Assembly: GCA_965644265.1 (NCBI GenBank)
Contig: OZ286468.1
Location: 54,126,001 to 54,190,000 of the forward strand
Length of the DNA stretch: 64,000 nucleotides
Direction of reading: 5' to 3'
Origin: Glycera tridactyla
Taxonomy: Eukaryota
Made by a program: the position numbers and the translations under genes. Positions 1 through 12,184 of this stretch are shown here, piece by piece (position 1 is the stretch's first letter; each line of letters starts with the position of its first letter). The notes under the pieces are model-generated. The model had not been told where the DNA came from. It saw nothing but the letters and a program-made list of their open reading frames with translations, and did no database searches.

Positions 1-140
1 CTTCAATCAACTCTCATAACGATTCTCATAATGATGATTAACAAGTGAGGAGCTCTAACACAAAGTTAATTATGATACATTTACTTGATGGTTTATTTAG
101 TGGCGATGGTAATAAGTCTGTTTGCTTGGTACATATTTAG

Positions 141-305
141 TTTGAGCAACTTGCTTACACATGGATGGAGAGACAGAAACAAGGAGGAACATATAGTAGC
201 CATCGTGCTCAGAACGAGAAACATGTTGTCGTGTGTGCCACCACGTTACAAGCAGATACCATCATGGACTTCTTGAACGAGTTCTACGCTCATCCAAAAC
301 TACAG
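141..305 (+). CDS. KCNT: KCNT/Slo2 channel exon 1 in window (end of S6, linker, start of RCK1)
   Basis: tttag| ... cag|gtaggt; 55 codons [55 protein letters not shown], matching recalled KCNT1 [32 protein letters not shown]...[14 protein letters not shown]; phase 0-0. Confidence 0.96.
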
Positions 306-314
306 GTAGGTCTT

Positions 315-380
315 TGTGTGTGTGTGTGTGTGCGTGAGTGTGTGTGTGTGTGTATTTGTCTATGTGTGAATTGGTGTGTG
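315..380. repeat. (GT)n microsatellite abutting a gap
   Basis: tgtgtgtg run directly visible. Confidence 0.9.
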
Positions 381-382
381 TT

Positions 383-527
383 NNNNNNNNNNNNNNNNNN
401 NNNNNNNNNNNNNNNNNNNNNNNNNNNNNNNNNNNNNNNNNNNNNNNNNNNNNNNNNNNNNNNNNNNNNNNNNNNNNNNNNNNNNNNNNNNNNNNNNNNN
501 NNNNNNNNNNNNNNNNNNNNNNNNNNN
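383..527. other. Assembly gap (145 N)
   Basis: N run. Confidence 1.
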
Positions 528-673
528 TGGTCTCTCATCAGAGGGGTCTCTCCATGATCACAATGTACAAGAATGTTTTATTTGTGTTAACTTTTCAGGA
601 CTCTCCTCGAAGGTTAAACTGTAATGTCATGATCACGATTTACAAGAATGTTTTCTTTGTGTTAACTTTTCAG

Positions 674-810
674 GACTTCTTTGTTGTTCTGTTATCGCCA
701 TGTGAGCTGGACCCAACCATGAAGATGATATTACAAGTGCCCTTGTGGGCTGCTCGGGTCATCTATATTCAAGGCTCCGCCCTCAAAGATGGTGACCTCT
801 CCAGATGCAG
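674..810 (+). CDS. KCNT: KCNT/Slo2 exon 2 (RCK1)
   Basis: ttttcag| ... ag|gtgaaa; DFFVVLLSPCELDPTMKMILQVPLWAARVIYIQGSALKDGDLSRC(R), cf. KCNT1 DYYVVILCP...IPLWSQRVIYLQGSALKD; phase 0-2. Confidence 0.96.
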
Positions 811-1292
811 GTGAAATTTTCATTTTTCAGTTTTCACTTTCATTTTCGAATATTTCATGATAACTGATTTGTTTAGATGCTTTGAGAAACCAGCCAGGAT
901 TTGTTCACCAGCTTGGAGGCTACTGTGCTGTTGCTTGGTCATGTGACCCCAAAGTAGGAGGAGGATCACATGATCATAGTATCTTGCAATACATTGTCAG
1001 AAGGGTGTGCTGGCCCAAGTCCTGGTTCAGGGTTGGTCGGGAATGTTTATTGTCTATGGCCTCTGCAATACCTCTGTTGAACCATACAGAATCTGTGAAT
1101 ACACCCACACCCATGTTGAATGAAAAACTACTAAGGGTTATTCCATTTGAAAGAAGGGTGGGTTTACATGGAAGCCTATCTGGATCCATGTGTATGCAGA
1201 TTTCATTTCTCAAAAGAGTTGTGTACTTATAAACAATGAAAATATCAGCAAAAATGGTCATTTGATGTCTGTGTTCTCTTGCTTCCAGATAC

Positions 1293-1473
1293 TACTGTTG
1301 AACTTGTCCATAGCAAGACTTGTACTAAGCAAGAACTTGCCCCAAGCAAAAGGTTTCTGTCCATCCCCCCGGAATATTTTTCACTAAAATTGACCTGTTA
1401 TAAGCATGAACTTGTGCTATGCAAGCTGTTTTTTCACTTCTTTAGCTACATGTTAAGGATAAGTTTGACTGTA
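1293..1473. mobile_element. MITE subfamily A (TA-CAGTC TIR, Tc1/mariner-pogo-like), degenerate left end
   Basis: ends aagtttgactgta; interior gacttgtactaagcaagaacttgc...aaattgac matches the copies at 7298 and 57375. Confidence 0.8.
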
Positions 1474-1650
1474 CTTTAACAGTTGTAAATTGTGAAAGTA
1501 GACGTGCGATCAAAATTTGTGGCTTTGGAGTAAAAGTACTTCTAACACCAAACAAATTGTTCAGTGTCCTAATTCTTCCATGATAAAGTATTTCATTCTG
1601 CTGTTCAATTCCTTTGAATTATCTCGATATTGACTTTGATTTTTCTTCAG

Positions 1651-1714
1651 AATGCAAGATGCGGAGGCATGTTTCATCTTGGCAGCGCGGAATTATATCG
1701 ACAGAACAGCTGCC
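1651..1714 (+). CDS. KCNT: KCNT/Slo2 exon 3
   Basis: ttttcttcag| ... gcc|gtaagt; (R)MQDAEACFILAARNYIDRTAA, cf. [21 protein letters not shown]; phase 2-0; too short for the ORF track. Confidence 0.95.
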
Positions 1715-3470
1715 GTAAGTTGAATTTATGTTTTATTTCTCGCAATGTTGGTATATAGCGTGAGATGCCTTTGTGGGGTATTGTGTGTGTACGTCAATGG
1801 ATCTCTGTTTACATGCCATCACGCCTGGAATTTCCATCTTTTCATGCTTCCCATGGCACCCATAGTCGGCTTGTGCATTGTTTGATGTCATCTGGAACTT
1901 CTTTGCACATATTCATTCATTCACAGTATGTTTGCAGTCAGTTGGAGTCGTGGAAGTTTGCTGCCGTGCTTAGGCTTAGCAGATGCTAGATTCATGCGAT
2001 ATTTGCTCTGATATTCCATACATGGTCATCTTGCATGTACCTACCTTGTATGATGGATCCTTAGCCATTAGGAGATGAATATTCTTTATCTTGAACTATA
2101 TGCCTTGTTTTTTTGTTGTTTTTTTTGACAAAATTCAATATATTTATGAAGGTGAAAATATTGATATGTTTCATACCTTATAATCATGGGCAAAATTCCA
2201 TGCAGTGATATCCAATTTTGATTGTTAGCAGAGCATGGAAATGTTTGCTGTGATATATATATATGCGCATTAATTGGTGATAATTGATCAATATCTTGCA
2301 TTTGCATCCTCTGGGGGAGACAACTTGTAAGGAGCAAGAAGATGTTTCTAGTTCTGGTTCTGAGTTGCCATATATGGAAGTGGCAGCAACAATACAACAC
2401 TGGTTGACAGGGAATGCCTGCTGGTCATTTAGCAGATGGCACGTTCTCCCAGCAATCAATAGGCACAAATCCGGTCTATGAAAGGTTGTGTCTGGACCTG
2501 ATGTTTCAAATCTTTTTTCACAATTATGGTATCAGTGCTTGGGAAAGTTGGTTTGTACTGTAAACACTGTCATCTCATATCTGGGCTTATTGTAGTTGAT
2601 TCCTCAGATAGTTGTTTCCCGTCTCAGGTCACTTGCACATTTTCACCTAATACATTCAGAATTGCATTCTCGAAAAGTCTACCTTGCTGTCTAAGCATAG
2701 TTTTGTGTCAGTGCACCATCTTGAATGGGCAACAGGTCTCAATTTGCTTTTCTGTATTGTAGATTGTTATCACATACTGTTGCGAGTATCACAGTTGGGA
2801 AGGTGTTTGAATCAGTCAATTCCAGTCAAACCTGACTACAAAGTCCACCTTTGATTGCATAAAAAGTGGCTTTTGTATACAGGTGATGGTTGTAGAGATG
2901 TTGTTTATCGTAGAAAGATTATCATGATCACAGCTCGGATGGCTTTTGTAGGCAAGTGGCCTTCGTATAGAGTGGAAGTAGCTGACACTTCAGACACAAC
3001 TCTACCTCTCTAACATGAACATATTGATCTAACAATGGCATATCCAATTAGGTTACTGGCTGGAAGCTGAAAGTCAAGCCTGATAGCAGTTCTTTCATTT
3101 TGAGCAAAGCGCAGTACTGAAAATTTCCGGCAAGTCTTCGACTGTTCTGAGTGACTGCATCGCTCTTGTGTATTGCATCATCTTCACATGGTCATCAGGG
3201 AGCATGTATTGCTTATTATTCATTCACTTTTCCCTCAGCCTCCCATTGATGGTTTGGTGTTACTTTTGACCAGTGTTGTGAAGGTGCATGTTTGTGGTTT
3301 GTTTTAAATATGGCCATGGCTCTTTTTGTCAGTGTCAGTTGTGGAAAGGTTGTTCAATTTGTCTTACTCTATGTGAGTACAATGCAGTTGAATACACATG
3401 GATCAGGCTTATTTATCCAATGTCTCACTTTTGCTCTCACCTCAGATTCTCTCTTCTGTGCTTCCTTGCT

Positions 3471-3645
3471 NNNNNNNNNNNNNNNNNNNNNNNNNNNNNN
3501 NNNNNNNNNNNNNNNNNNNNNNNNNNNNNNNNNNNNNNNNNNNNNNNNNNNNNNNNNNNNNNNNNNNNNNNNNNNNNNNNNNNNNNNNNNNNNNNNNNNN
3601 NNNNNNNNNNNNNNNNNNNNNNNNNNNNNNNNNNNNNNNNNNNNG
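3471..3645. other. Assembly gap (175 N)
   Basis: N run. Confidence 1.
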
Positions 3646-4717
3646 GTGTTTTTTCATCTCTTCCATTTTGTGGTAGCGAAATATATGATTCAGTTGATGT
3701 TGAAGGATTTTTGAATAAGAGAGTGTCATTTGAAAAATGGTTTGGAAGGTATTGGTTGTCAGACAGAGTTGACATTTGACATATAAGACTTGTATGAACA
3801 GAGAAACTTGTTTAACCCCAGGCTTCTGATATTGTACATTTCTCTCTCCGTTGTTAGCAGGTAAAATGGTTTGATGGTTGTATTCAGCAATATATTGACA
3901 TTCATGCCCCGTTGTATATGTGAACAGAATGTAGCAAGTGCTGTGTACAGGGGGCTGTGCATGTCACGTGATCACTGAGGCCGACAGCACTAGTTGTCTT
4001 CAATCACTCATGCCTCATGCTGAAAGGGTCACTTCATGTGTACTGCTTTTCGTACACAATACAAGTTTGTTCTGTATTTATTATCTGATATACGTTCACA
4101 GTTTATATGCCAGAGATCTATCAAATGATTGGCAGGTAATCATCAGCTGAGCAGTCGGACGATAATTTTCAAGTAGAACAAAAAATTGTGAAGATAAGTA
4201 CAGAATCATGTGTGCCAGGCATGTATGTATTGACAAAAAGTACAGGAAGCTGAGATGACCTTGCATCAGCCAATGATCCTTCTCCAGATTGTTGGCTCCG
4301 AGCCTGACACTTGTCCCGCAGCAAGACTGTTTTGTAAATATGTTGTTCTTGAATCCAATAGGATCTGTGATCAACGTATTATTTTTCTAATAGTTTGCAA
4401 TAATCGCTGAGATGTTTTTCATGGTGTTTCAACAACTCTTCTATCAGTCTTGAGCATGTGATGGTTTCGTGGCTTCGCATGAGAAACAACACATCCATCA
4501 GCAAGATTGTGATTCTATGCTAGGACCCAGTGCTGTCAAGCACAGCCGTGGGGCGATGGTGCTCTCTGGACATCATGGGCTGCTTTTGATAGATTTTTAT
4601 CTTACTTATTCACGTTCGGAACCTTCAATCCATGTATGTGTTTGAGAATATCAGATAATAAGACGTCGTTAATTGCACACCGCACCAATATGTCGCATGC
4701 TCTGTTATCCCTTGCAG

Positions 4718-4747
4718 GCCGACCCACATCGAGAATTCCAGTCGCAG
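4718..4747 (+). CDS. KCNT: Candidate 30-nt cassette microexon of KCNT (ADPHREFQSQ)
   Basis: ctgttatcccttgcag|GCC...CAG|gtaata; 10 sense codons; phase 0-0 matches flanking exons; about 53-nt AG-free zone upstream; CpG-rich relative to the intron; no recalled homolog. Confidence 0.45.
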
Positions 4748-5023
4748 GTAATACGGCAAGAACAGACAATTAACAGCTATCTCTCACTAGTCCTGGTTTC
4801 ACTTTTGAAGATTTCTGTGACTCTGGGGACTGAATGCATTTCAAATTGTTCTGCTGTGACTCTTCTGTGAGATAGTGCAGTTATTTCAGTGGATGTTCTT
4901 GCTTTTAGATCTTGGATGTTGATGTAGAAATATGATATCTATCTGCTGTAGTAACTGTTTGATATGTTTTTGAATTTGTTTGAATCTTGAATATCTGGTA
5001 ACAAATGATATTGCACACAATGT

Positions 5024-5300
5024 TTCTGCTGATGATCAGTGTTTTTCCCCAAATAAATCGAACAGTATGCAGTGATGTGGTCTGTAATTTCAAATTTCAT
5101 TTCCTATGATTATTTTTAGACAAATTTTGTTGATTTATGATGAGTTCTTGGCTGATTTTTGACTGATTTCTACACCTCTTATTCTTGAATATTCTGCTGA
5201 TGATCAGTGTTTTCCCCCCAATAAATCAATCCTATTTAGTTGATTTATTATGATTTCCGGTCTGATTTTTGACTGATTTCTACACCTGTTATTCTTAAAT
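5024..5300. repeat. Local about 110-bp imperfect tandem duplication
   Basis: ttctgctgatgatcagtgttt at 5024 and 5194; ctgatttttgactgatttctacacct at about 5153 and 5263. Confidence 0.85.
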
Positions 5301-7297
5301 TTGAATTTTTCAACTACAAGGTCGGAAATCATAAGACAGCATTTGTATCACAGTTGATGTGGTACTGTACATGACACCTTGATTGTCAGAGAATTTCAGA
5401 ATTTTTTCTCCTGTTTTGGGCACAGAAGTCTTCCCACACATGCCTATCGCGTAGGAGTCTCTATATATTGCAGAGGGTGCTAACAAGATGCAAGACAAAG
5501 TACCTTATTTGAACTGAGTGGGAATTTTATGCGAATGGGAATAATAAGAGATATATCATCACATCAATTCAAATATAGTTTATAATTCCTCTGAATATGT
5601 GCATAGCGATTGCACAGTATCCAGGGCTTGACACTGCTACTTTTGGGTAACCAGGTGCTATCAAATGTCAACCCTTGCCACTGAAAAGTTAGGACGCAGC
5701 TGGCTCCTCAAATTTTCAGAATTTTTAATCGAGTCACCACACATGTGGCTACTGACATTCAGATTTGACTCCTAGAATATGTCAGATTTGGCTTCTAGAA
5801 TTTGTCTGACTGGTGAGCAGTCTGGCTTTTAAATCTCCTGGCCAACTTTGAGCCCGACAACATGACCCTAGATGGTTATGCTCTACAAATTTTCCATGCT
5901 GGTTATGGTGACCATCAACAGTGATTGCTCAATACAGATTCCAACATATCGTGGAATAGTTTCATCTGGTTGGAAAGCTCGTTTTTACATGAGTGACTCT
6001 CTGTCACAACAAAACATGTTGACAATTTTGGCCAACATCATCGGCCATCATCAGAACTTGTTCTCATGATGGTCGATAATGTCGGCCACAACTGTCAAAA
6101 GGTGTGGGAGTTTTGGTTGTGACAGAGAGTTTCTCATGTGAAAATGTTCCACCGTACTTTGATGATGGCTGACGTGTGTGTTTCTTCTGTTGGTAGTGCC
6201 GGTATCCTATGAAGTTGAGCTTGCTTTAATTCATTTGTGTCTAGAAATGCTTGATGTGCCTCTTCTTCTGTTATCTGTTGTGCTTGAGATTCTTGCTTGC
6301 TCTGTTGCCTTGTGTTCTGAGAAAGATGAGATGATGAGCTCACAATAATGTGAATAGACAATAGCCACATGTCATCTAAGTCAGGGGATGGTGTTAGTAA
6401 TGATCGTGTATTCACCTTGGGACATCTGAATTGCGTTCACGCCACGTTGGCGGCCGGCAAATCGCTACATACGGGTTCTGGAGTGGAACAAGTGATGAGC
6501 AGGGAGCCCCGACACTGATATCAGCAGCATGATCAATGCATGTATTCCACTCAACCTTGTCTCATTCTTTTCTCTATATCTTCATTGCAAATGTATGAAT
6601 TTACGCAATTCTTTCTGGACAACAATATTTGTGGGTGATTCCACATGACATTGAGTTGGAAGGCATGAAAATAAGGCATGAAAATCGATCACAAGGGAGC
6701 GGATTCCCTGAATCCAGGTGTGAACACTTATTGCAACTAGCTACAGCATGGGCTCACTTGTAACACTATTTATGGAGTGAGTTCATGTTTTTTTTAATAT
6801 GAACCAACAATAGAACACCCAAAAATATTGTTTTGAATTGACACATGACAAAAATGAGTCAATAGATTCTTTTTTCGATGATGCTGAATGATAAAGAATG
6901 AGGCAAGGTTAGGCTATAGTTGGTGAGTTCGCCGATGTATTGCTCATCGACGGAAGTCCCATGCGTATCGGTTGTTCCACTCTAGTACCCGTATTTGGTA
7001 ACTCACCCCTCATCATGCAGGGGGGATGGCTCATAGGAAATGAGAAATTCATGGGTGTAGCCATCTTGAAAGTCAAAGGTGCTGATGACAGTGCACTTTA
7101 GCATATCCATGTCTGAATTTTCAGTTAGTATAAAAGAATTGGTCACTCCCAAAGCACAAGGGGATGGATGATACACATAACTTTCAATGATAGATAGAAT
7201 AAAGTCTATTTGAGGGGATTTTCCGAAGAAAAGGTGTATAAAAACTGAGAAGTAAGATACACTGCATAGGTGAGGATATGATGACTGGCTTCACATA

Positions 7298-7470
7298 TAG
7301 TAAGTTGAACTTGTCTGATGCAAGATTTGTACTAAGCACGAACTTGCCCAAAGCAATAGGTCTCTGTCCATCCCACCAGAAAATTCTTCACTAAAATTGA
7401 CTTGTTCCAAGCATGAACTTGCCCTAGGCAAACACTTTTTTGCTTCATACTCAGAACAAGTTTGACTGTA
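7298..7470. mobile_element. MITE subfamily A copy
   Basis: gatttgtactaagcacgaacttgccc...acaagtttgactgta; alignable to the 1293 and 57375 copies. Confidence 0.8.
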
Positions 7471-7574
7471 TTGAGCTGATGTTGATTCGACAGAAGCTGA
7501 GGGACTATGGTCATGGATTAACATTGTCTGTTGGGAGACAATTATCCTAAACAATTGTGGAGATACATCACATA

Positions 7575-7650
7575 TACAGTGAAACCTGCGACAAGAGACC
7601 ACCTCCGACGGGAATCCGCTTTACCAGGGCAGCTTTTCTATTTGACATAG
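7575..7650. mobile_element. Left end of a related TA-CAGT MITE, running into an N gap
   Basis: tacagtgaaacctgcgacaagagaccacctc; similar degraded pieces lie near 2822-2990, 8114-8260, 10770-10942 and 58081-58103. Confidence 0.55.
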
Positions 7651-7832
7651 NNNNNNNNNNNNNNNNNNNNNNNNNNNNNNNNNNNNNNNNNNNNNNNNNN
7701 NNNNNNNNNNNNNNNNNNNNNNNNNNNNNNNNNNNNNNNNNNNNNNNNNNNNNNNNNNNNNNNNNNNNNNNNNNNNNNNNNNNNNNNNNNNNNNNNNNNN
7801 NNNNNNNNNNNNNNNNNNNNNNNNNNNNNNNN
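7651..7832. other. Assembly gap (182 N)
   Basis: N run. Confidence 1.
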
Positions 7833-9127
7833 GTGTGTATCAATGTGTGTTTTTGTGCATGTCTGTTTCTGGTTCTAAGGATTAATGAAAATCTCAGATT
7901 TCTCCTCAATGATATGATGTCTCCTTATGCACTGATCACACGAATTGTTGTCTTCCTACTATCTATATGGTGTTCACAGTGAAATGCATCAGTGTTGTGC
8001 AGAGCTTGTGTTTCGCACCCAAAAATATGTTCTTTCAATCCCCATACCTGTAGTGTGATGTAAGAAGTCATATTAATTGATATATACAGTGAAATGGGAT
8101 TCGACTCTGAAATTCAGTTGAACCTGTATACAAAGACCATCATTTGCATCAAAAAGTGGTGGTCATTGTCAGGTAAAAAAAATAATTGATGTGATTCTCT
8201 TGACTGCCATTTGTCAAAAATGAAGATTTGGTCATTCTGCTTTTGTGTATGGGTTTAGTGTCTTACTAACCTTTTCCACAGGGAAGACAGCACTCCTTCG
8301 ACTTTGGATGTTCTTTTTCTCTTTTTTGTTGCTAACATGAGAGGTATCCTGAGATTAGATCACATGCATGATAGTTCTCCAGAAGTTTCGTTTTATGTGC
8401 TGGTGCTTTTCTGAGGTGGAGCAGGTTCATATACCTTATATGTGGGCATGTACCGGCAGGCTGTTCAGTTGAGCCAACAGAGAAAAAAGTTCGCCAGATT
8501 CCCTACCAAATATGCTTCATCTCAAGTGTGTTGAAAGAGAATGGGGTCCCTGTTTCTGTTACAAAACGTTAGCTGTTTGCTGCAACTGGACACCCTATGG
8601 TACTTTGAGCTTCTTCACAAAATACAAGCCAAGGACAAGGTGCTTGACCGATATGCTAGACTAACTTCTACCTGGTGAAGATTCACAAATCCCAGCCAGA
8701 TGTCGATGTTTGGTACCAAACGAATGCATTTTGAATTCCTTGCCTGTTGGATGATCGTTATTCAAGAAATCATGACACGTTCACCATGAACATGATGAAA
8801 ACACTAGGCAGGTACAGCCATTAAACAATGTTCTGCCATCTTGGGCTCTCAGATCTTGAAGAGGAGCAACAATTAAAGTAATCATAGCACATCCGGGGAT
8901 ATCACACTCATAAATGGACTCAACAATGGTGCCCAAATTATTGCTGCCATTAAATTGGTGGGAATTTGTGCCGGCCCTCATCCCGATTGAGAGTGGGTTC
9001 TAGTTACAAGATGTTGATAGCTTCTGCCATGCCTCTCAGGATTTCACTCACCTACCCATGGAGCCTACCTTTATGGCCCTGTTCACTCACGTGAGAGGAA
9101 CTGCTCCATAGGCATATGAATATATTC

Positions 9128-9291
9128 GATAATCGGTAGAAAATTGAATTCAGATCATATATATATATGATCTCAATTCAATGTTCTACCCATTATTACA
9201 TCATATATATATATATATGATCTCAATTCAATGTTCTACCCATTATTACATCATATATATATGATCTCAATTCAATGTTCTACCCATTATT
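9128..9291. repeat. (AT)n-centred palindrome with a triplicated right arm
   Basis: ggtagaaaattgaattcagatcat (AT)n atgatctcaattcaatgttctacc; right arm plus AT core repeated three times. Confidence 0.9.
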
Positions 9292-9555
9292 GGAACCAAC
9301 CAAACATGTACTACATAATATACAGAATGGGTTTTCATTGGACATAGTTACCACGGCCATGAAGTTCTATTTGCGATTTGGCAACATAGCGCTTGATCTA
9401 CCAAGCGCCTATTGGCTGTCGGCAGGACCGCCGTGACCTCATTTAGGGTAACCTAGCTTGTAACTTGGGTGAAGCAGACTGCATGCAACCTGGTTTTCCC
9501 CACCTTTATACAACATGAATTCTTCACTCATAGTTTGCTCTTTTTTTTGTTTCAG

Positions 9556-9664
9556 GATCAGCACACAATACTGAGATCTTGGGCTGTAAAGGATTTTGCG
9601 CCACACTGTCCCCAGTATCTCCAGATATTCAGGCCAGAGAATAAATTTCACATAAAGTTTGCAG
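9556..9664 (+). CDS. KCNT: KCNT/Slo2 exon 4
   Basis: tttttgtttcag| ... g|gtatgt; [36 protein letters not shown], cf. [36 protein letters not shown]; phase 0-1. Confidence 0.97.
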
Positions 9665-10354
9665 GTATGTGACATTTTTCAGACCTTTACCAGAGACATG
9701 ATGTATATTTTTGAAACATACTTTATCTAGTGCTATCTTCTGCCTTTTTTAATATGAATCCTCTCAATGTCTATTGTCTCTTCGTGTGCGATGATTGATA
9801 AATGAAAGAGGTGGACAGGATTGAAACAAATTAAATGAATTGGAGTATAAGAGGCTACATTTCATACCCTGCCTCAGAAAAAGCAGGGAATTTTTGTTTT
9901 ACAATTCTTACCTGTATGTCTTTATGTCCGTCCATCATATTTCATCGACTAACTTTATATTGGCTGGTCCAATTCTCATAAAACCTGATAACTCTGATCT
10001 ATATGGAAGAACACAAGAGGAATATCATTCACTCTTCTCAGTCTCCATGCATTCTCACTGTTTAAGCACAGATAAAAAGTTGGTGGGCAATTTCTCTGTG
10101 CATACTTTGATTGTGCGAAAATTTTATTCATAATACAAAAAACTAGGGGCTATACCCCACCTCCAAGTGAACTGGTGCAGCCGGTTTGATCTGAAGGCAG
10201 AGTCCAATGGGAGAGCATGTCAGTTTTGACATGGAGCAGCTTTTTTTTTTGTGAATATTGAATATATTTTCATGTGTGGAAATGCAGGTGTTTGAGGTAG
10301 TTGATTGTGCAAATTCTCCAATATATGCCCCAACGCTCTTGTTCCTTCTTGCAG

Positions 10355-10463
10355 AACACGTGGTATGTGAGGATGAGTTCAAGTATGCACTACTGGCCAA
10401 CAACTGTCTGTGTCCCGGTGCATCCACGCTCGTTACACTCTTACTGCACACATCACGAGGCCT
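10355..10463 (+). CDS. KCNT: KCNT/Slo2 exon 5
   Basis: cttcttgcag| ... ct|gtgagt; (E)[35 protein letters not shown](L); phase 1-2. Confidence 0.97.
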
Positions 10464-11018
10464 GTGAGTATCATATACACTACATTTTTGAATCCATTCA
10501 CGAAATGATATGATCAGATATTCTCAGAATACAGCACCAAGAAGTAGGAATATGTTTATTCAAAGTTGGTTCACTAATAACATGCAAGATTTCACTTTTT
10601 GTGATGTAATTTCAATGTCTTTTTCAGTCGGATATTATATTGAGAGATTTGCTATGATAAACAAACTGAAATGATTTGTCCATGTCAAGGTGATTTTTGG
10701 ATCAGATATCACTTCAACAATGTGTGATTGAGAAGCTATGATCAGCCCATAGTCCAAAAAAGATACATACTTCTTTTGTGAGACTGCTCCAGATCCCATC
10801 CACGAGCAGTCTCTCAAGACAGGTGGTCTCTCATTGGAAGTATATTTGACTATGTCAAATTTGAAAAGAACTGATGAAGAGCAGTCTCTCGAAGAGGGCA
10901 GTCTCCCAAAAGAGGGGACCCACAAAAGAGATTTCACAGTTTATAGACGGGGGGTTGCTATCATGTCTGTGCATTTTTCTTTTTTGAATTATTTATATAT
11001 CACCTAAATCTTTTGCAG

Positions 11019-11168
11019 TGAGGGTCAGGCCTCTCCCGAAGACTGGACTAAACTGTATGGCAAGTGTTCAGGAAACGAGATATATCATATACGGCTTGGA
11101 GACAGTCGCTTCTTCGGAGAATATGAAGGAAAATCATTCACCTATGCCTCGTTCCATGCTCATCGAAA
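11019..11168 (+). CDS. KCNT: KCNT/Slo2 exon 6
   Basis: cttttgcag| ... aa|gtaagt; [49 protein letters not shown](K), cf. [32 protein letters not shown]; phase 2-2. Confidence 0.97.
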
Positions 11169-12106
11169 GTAAGTACTACTGATTCTATGTAAGATATAAC
11201 ATGCACTAACGTTGAGACAGATCTCAAGTATGCAAACCTTTGCATCATGGCTTGACACTAAAGGAAATGACAGAGTTATGGACCTGATTTTACATCTCTT
11301 GCACCCCCTCGGTCTTCACTCATTAATTCATATTTTCCAAGGTATTCATTCTTGAAATACTGGATGTATCAACAAGATTATAACTCAACATAGTACCATC
11401 ACAGTGATGCATCTAGGATGGGTAGTTGGTTGATCGATATTCATTTTTCAACTTTGGCCTTTTTTTCAAAAATGATGTTGGGCCAAATCCCTCCCCATTT
11501 TATCTGAGTATTTTACTACCATTTCCATTGGCACCCTAAAATTTGGCCCTTAATATGGAATTTCTAGATGCATCTCTGCTATCATGAAAAAAAATCGAAA
11601 CGGACAGTGAATTGGACTGACCACAAATATAATTGAATTTGAGCAATACATTCCAGAGCATATTGTTCATCTTTCAATTTATTTTGATTTTTACTTTTTT
11701 ATCCATGTGGGAGATTTGGGAAGAGTGTATGTCAGTTTGTTTCTAACATCTTTTGGCAGATGGTATCAAGCTTCATGAATTGATAGAATGAATTACTCAG
11801 TATTGTATGATGATCATGATAATGATATCGATAATTGAACTATATCAATGTAGTCACACTCATGTTAGCCACTTAACCTGTGATAGCGCTCCCTCATACT
11901 CATTCTGCCAGACATGTGGTTAGTCACGAACATCAGTTGAAGTTTTATTTATAAGAAATATTTGTTGCGATACACTCCTCAACTGAGAGTCTACATCTTT
12001 AGAAATACAGATCATTTCATCTAACCATTCACCAACAATAGGATACCAGTGAAAGGATTCTTCTTGATGGGATAATATAGATCTTGTTAAACCTGTTGAC
12101 TCTCAG

Positions 12107-12184
12107 GTATGGTGTATCTCTCGTTGGAATCATGAAAGAGAGGACTGAATCTTCCTCCAAAGTCAGCGATTCCTATCAAAGACG
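12107..12184 (+). CDS. KCNT: Candidate alternative exon: partial paralog of exon 7 ([25 protein letters not shown])
   Basis: gactctcag|g tat ggt gta tct ctc gtt gga atc encodes the same YGVSLVGI as exon 7 with only third-position differences; best donor cg|gttaga gives 78 nt, phase 2-2; 3' boundary uncertain. Confidence 0.55.

Noticed and set aside
7651-7832. Gap length of 182 equal to the MITE length
   Set aside because: Gap sizes are estimates; treated as coincidence
10880-10910. ctgatga-agag-cagt-ctct-cgaag hammerhead-like string
   Set aside because: Lacks GAAA and the flanking stems; lies within a MITE relic
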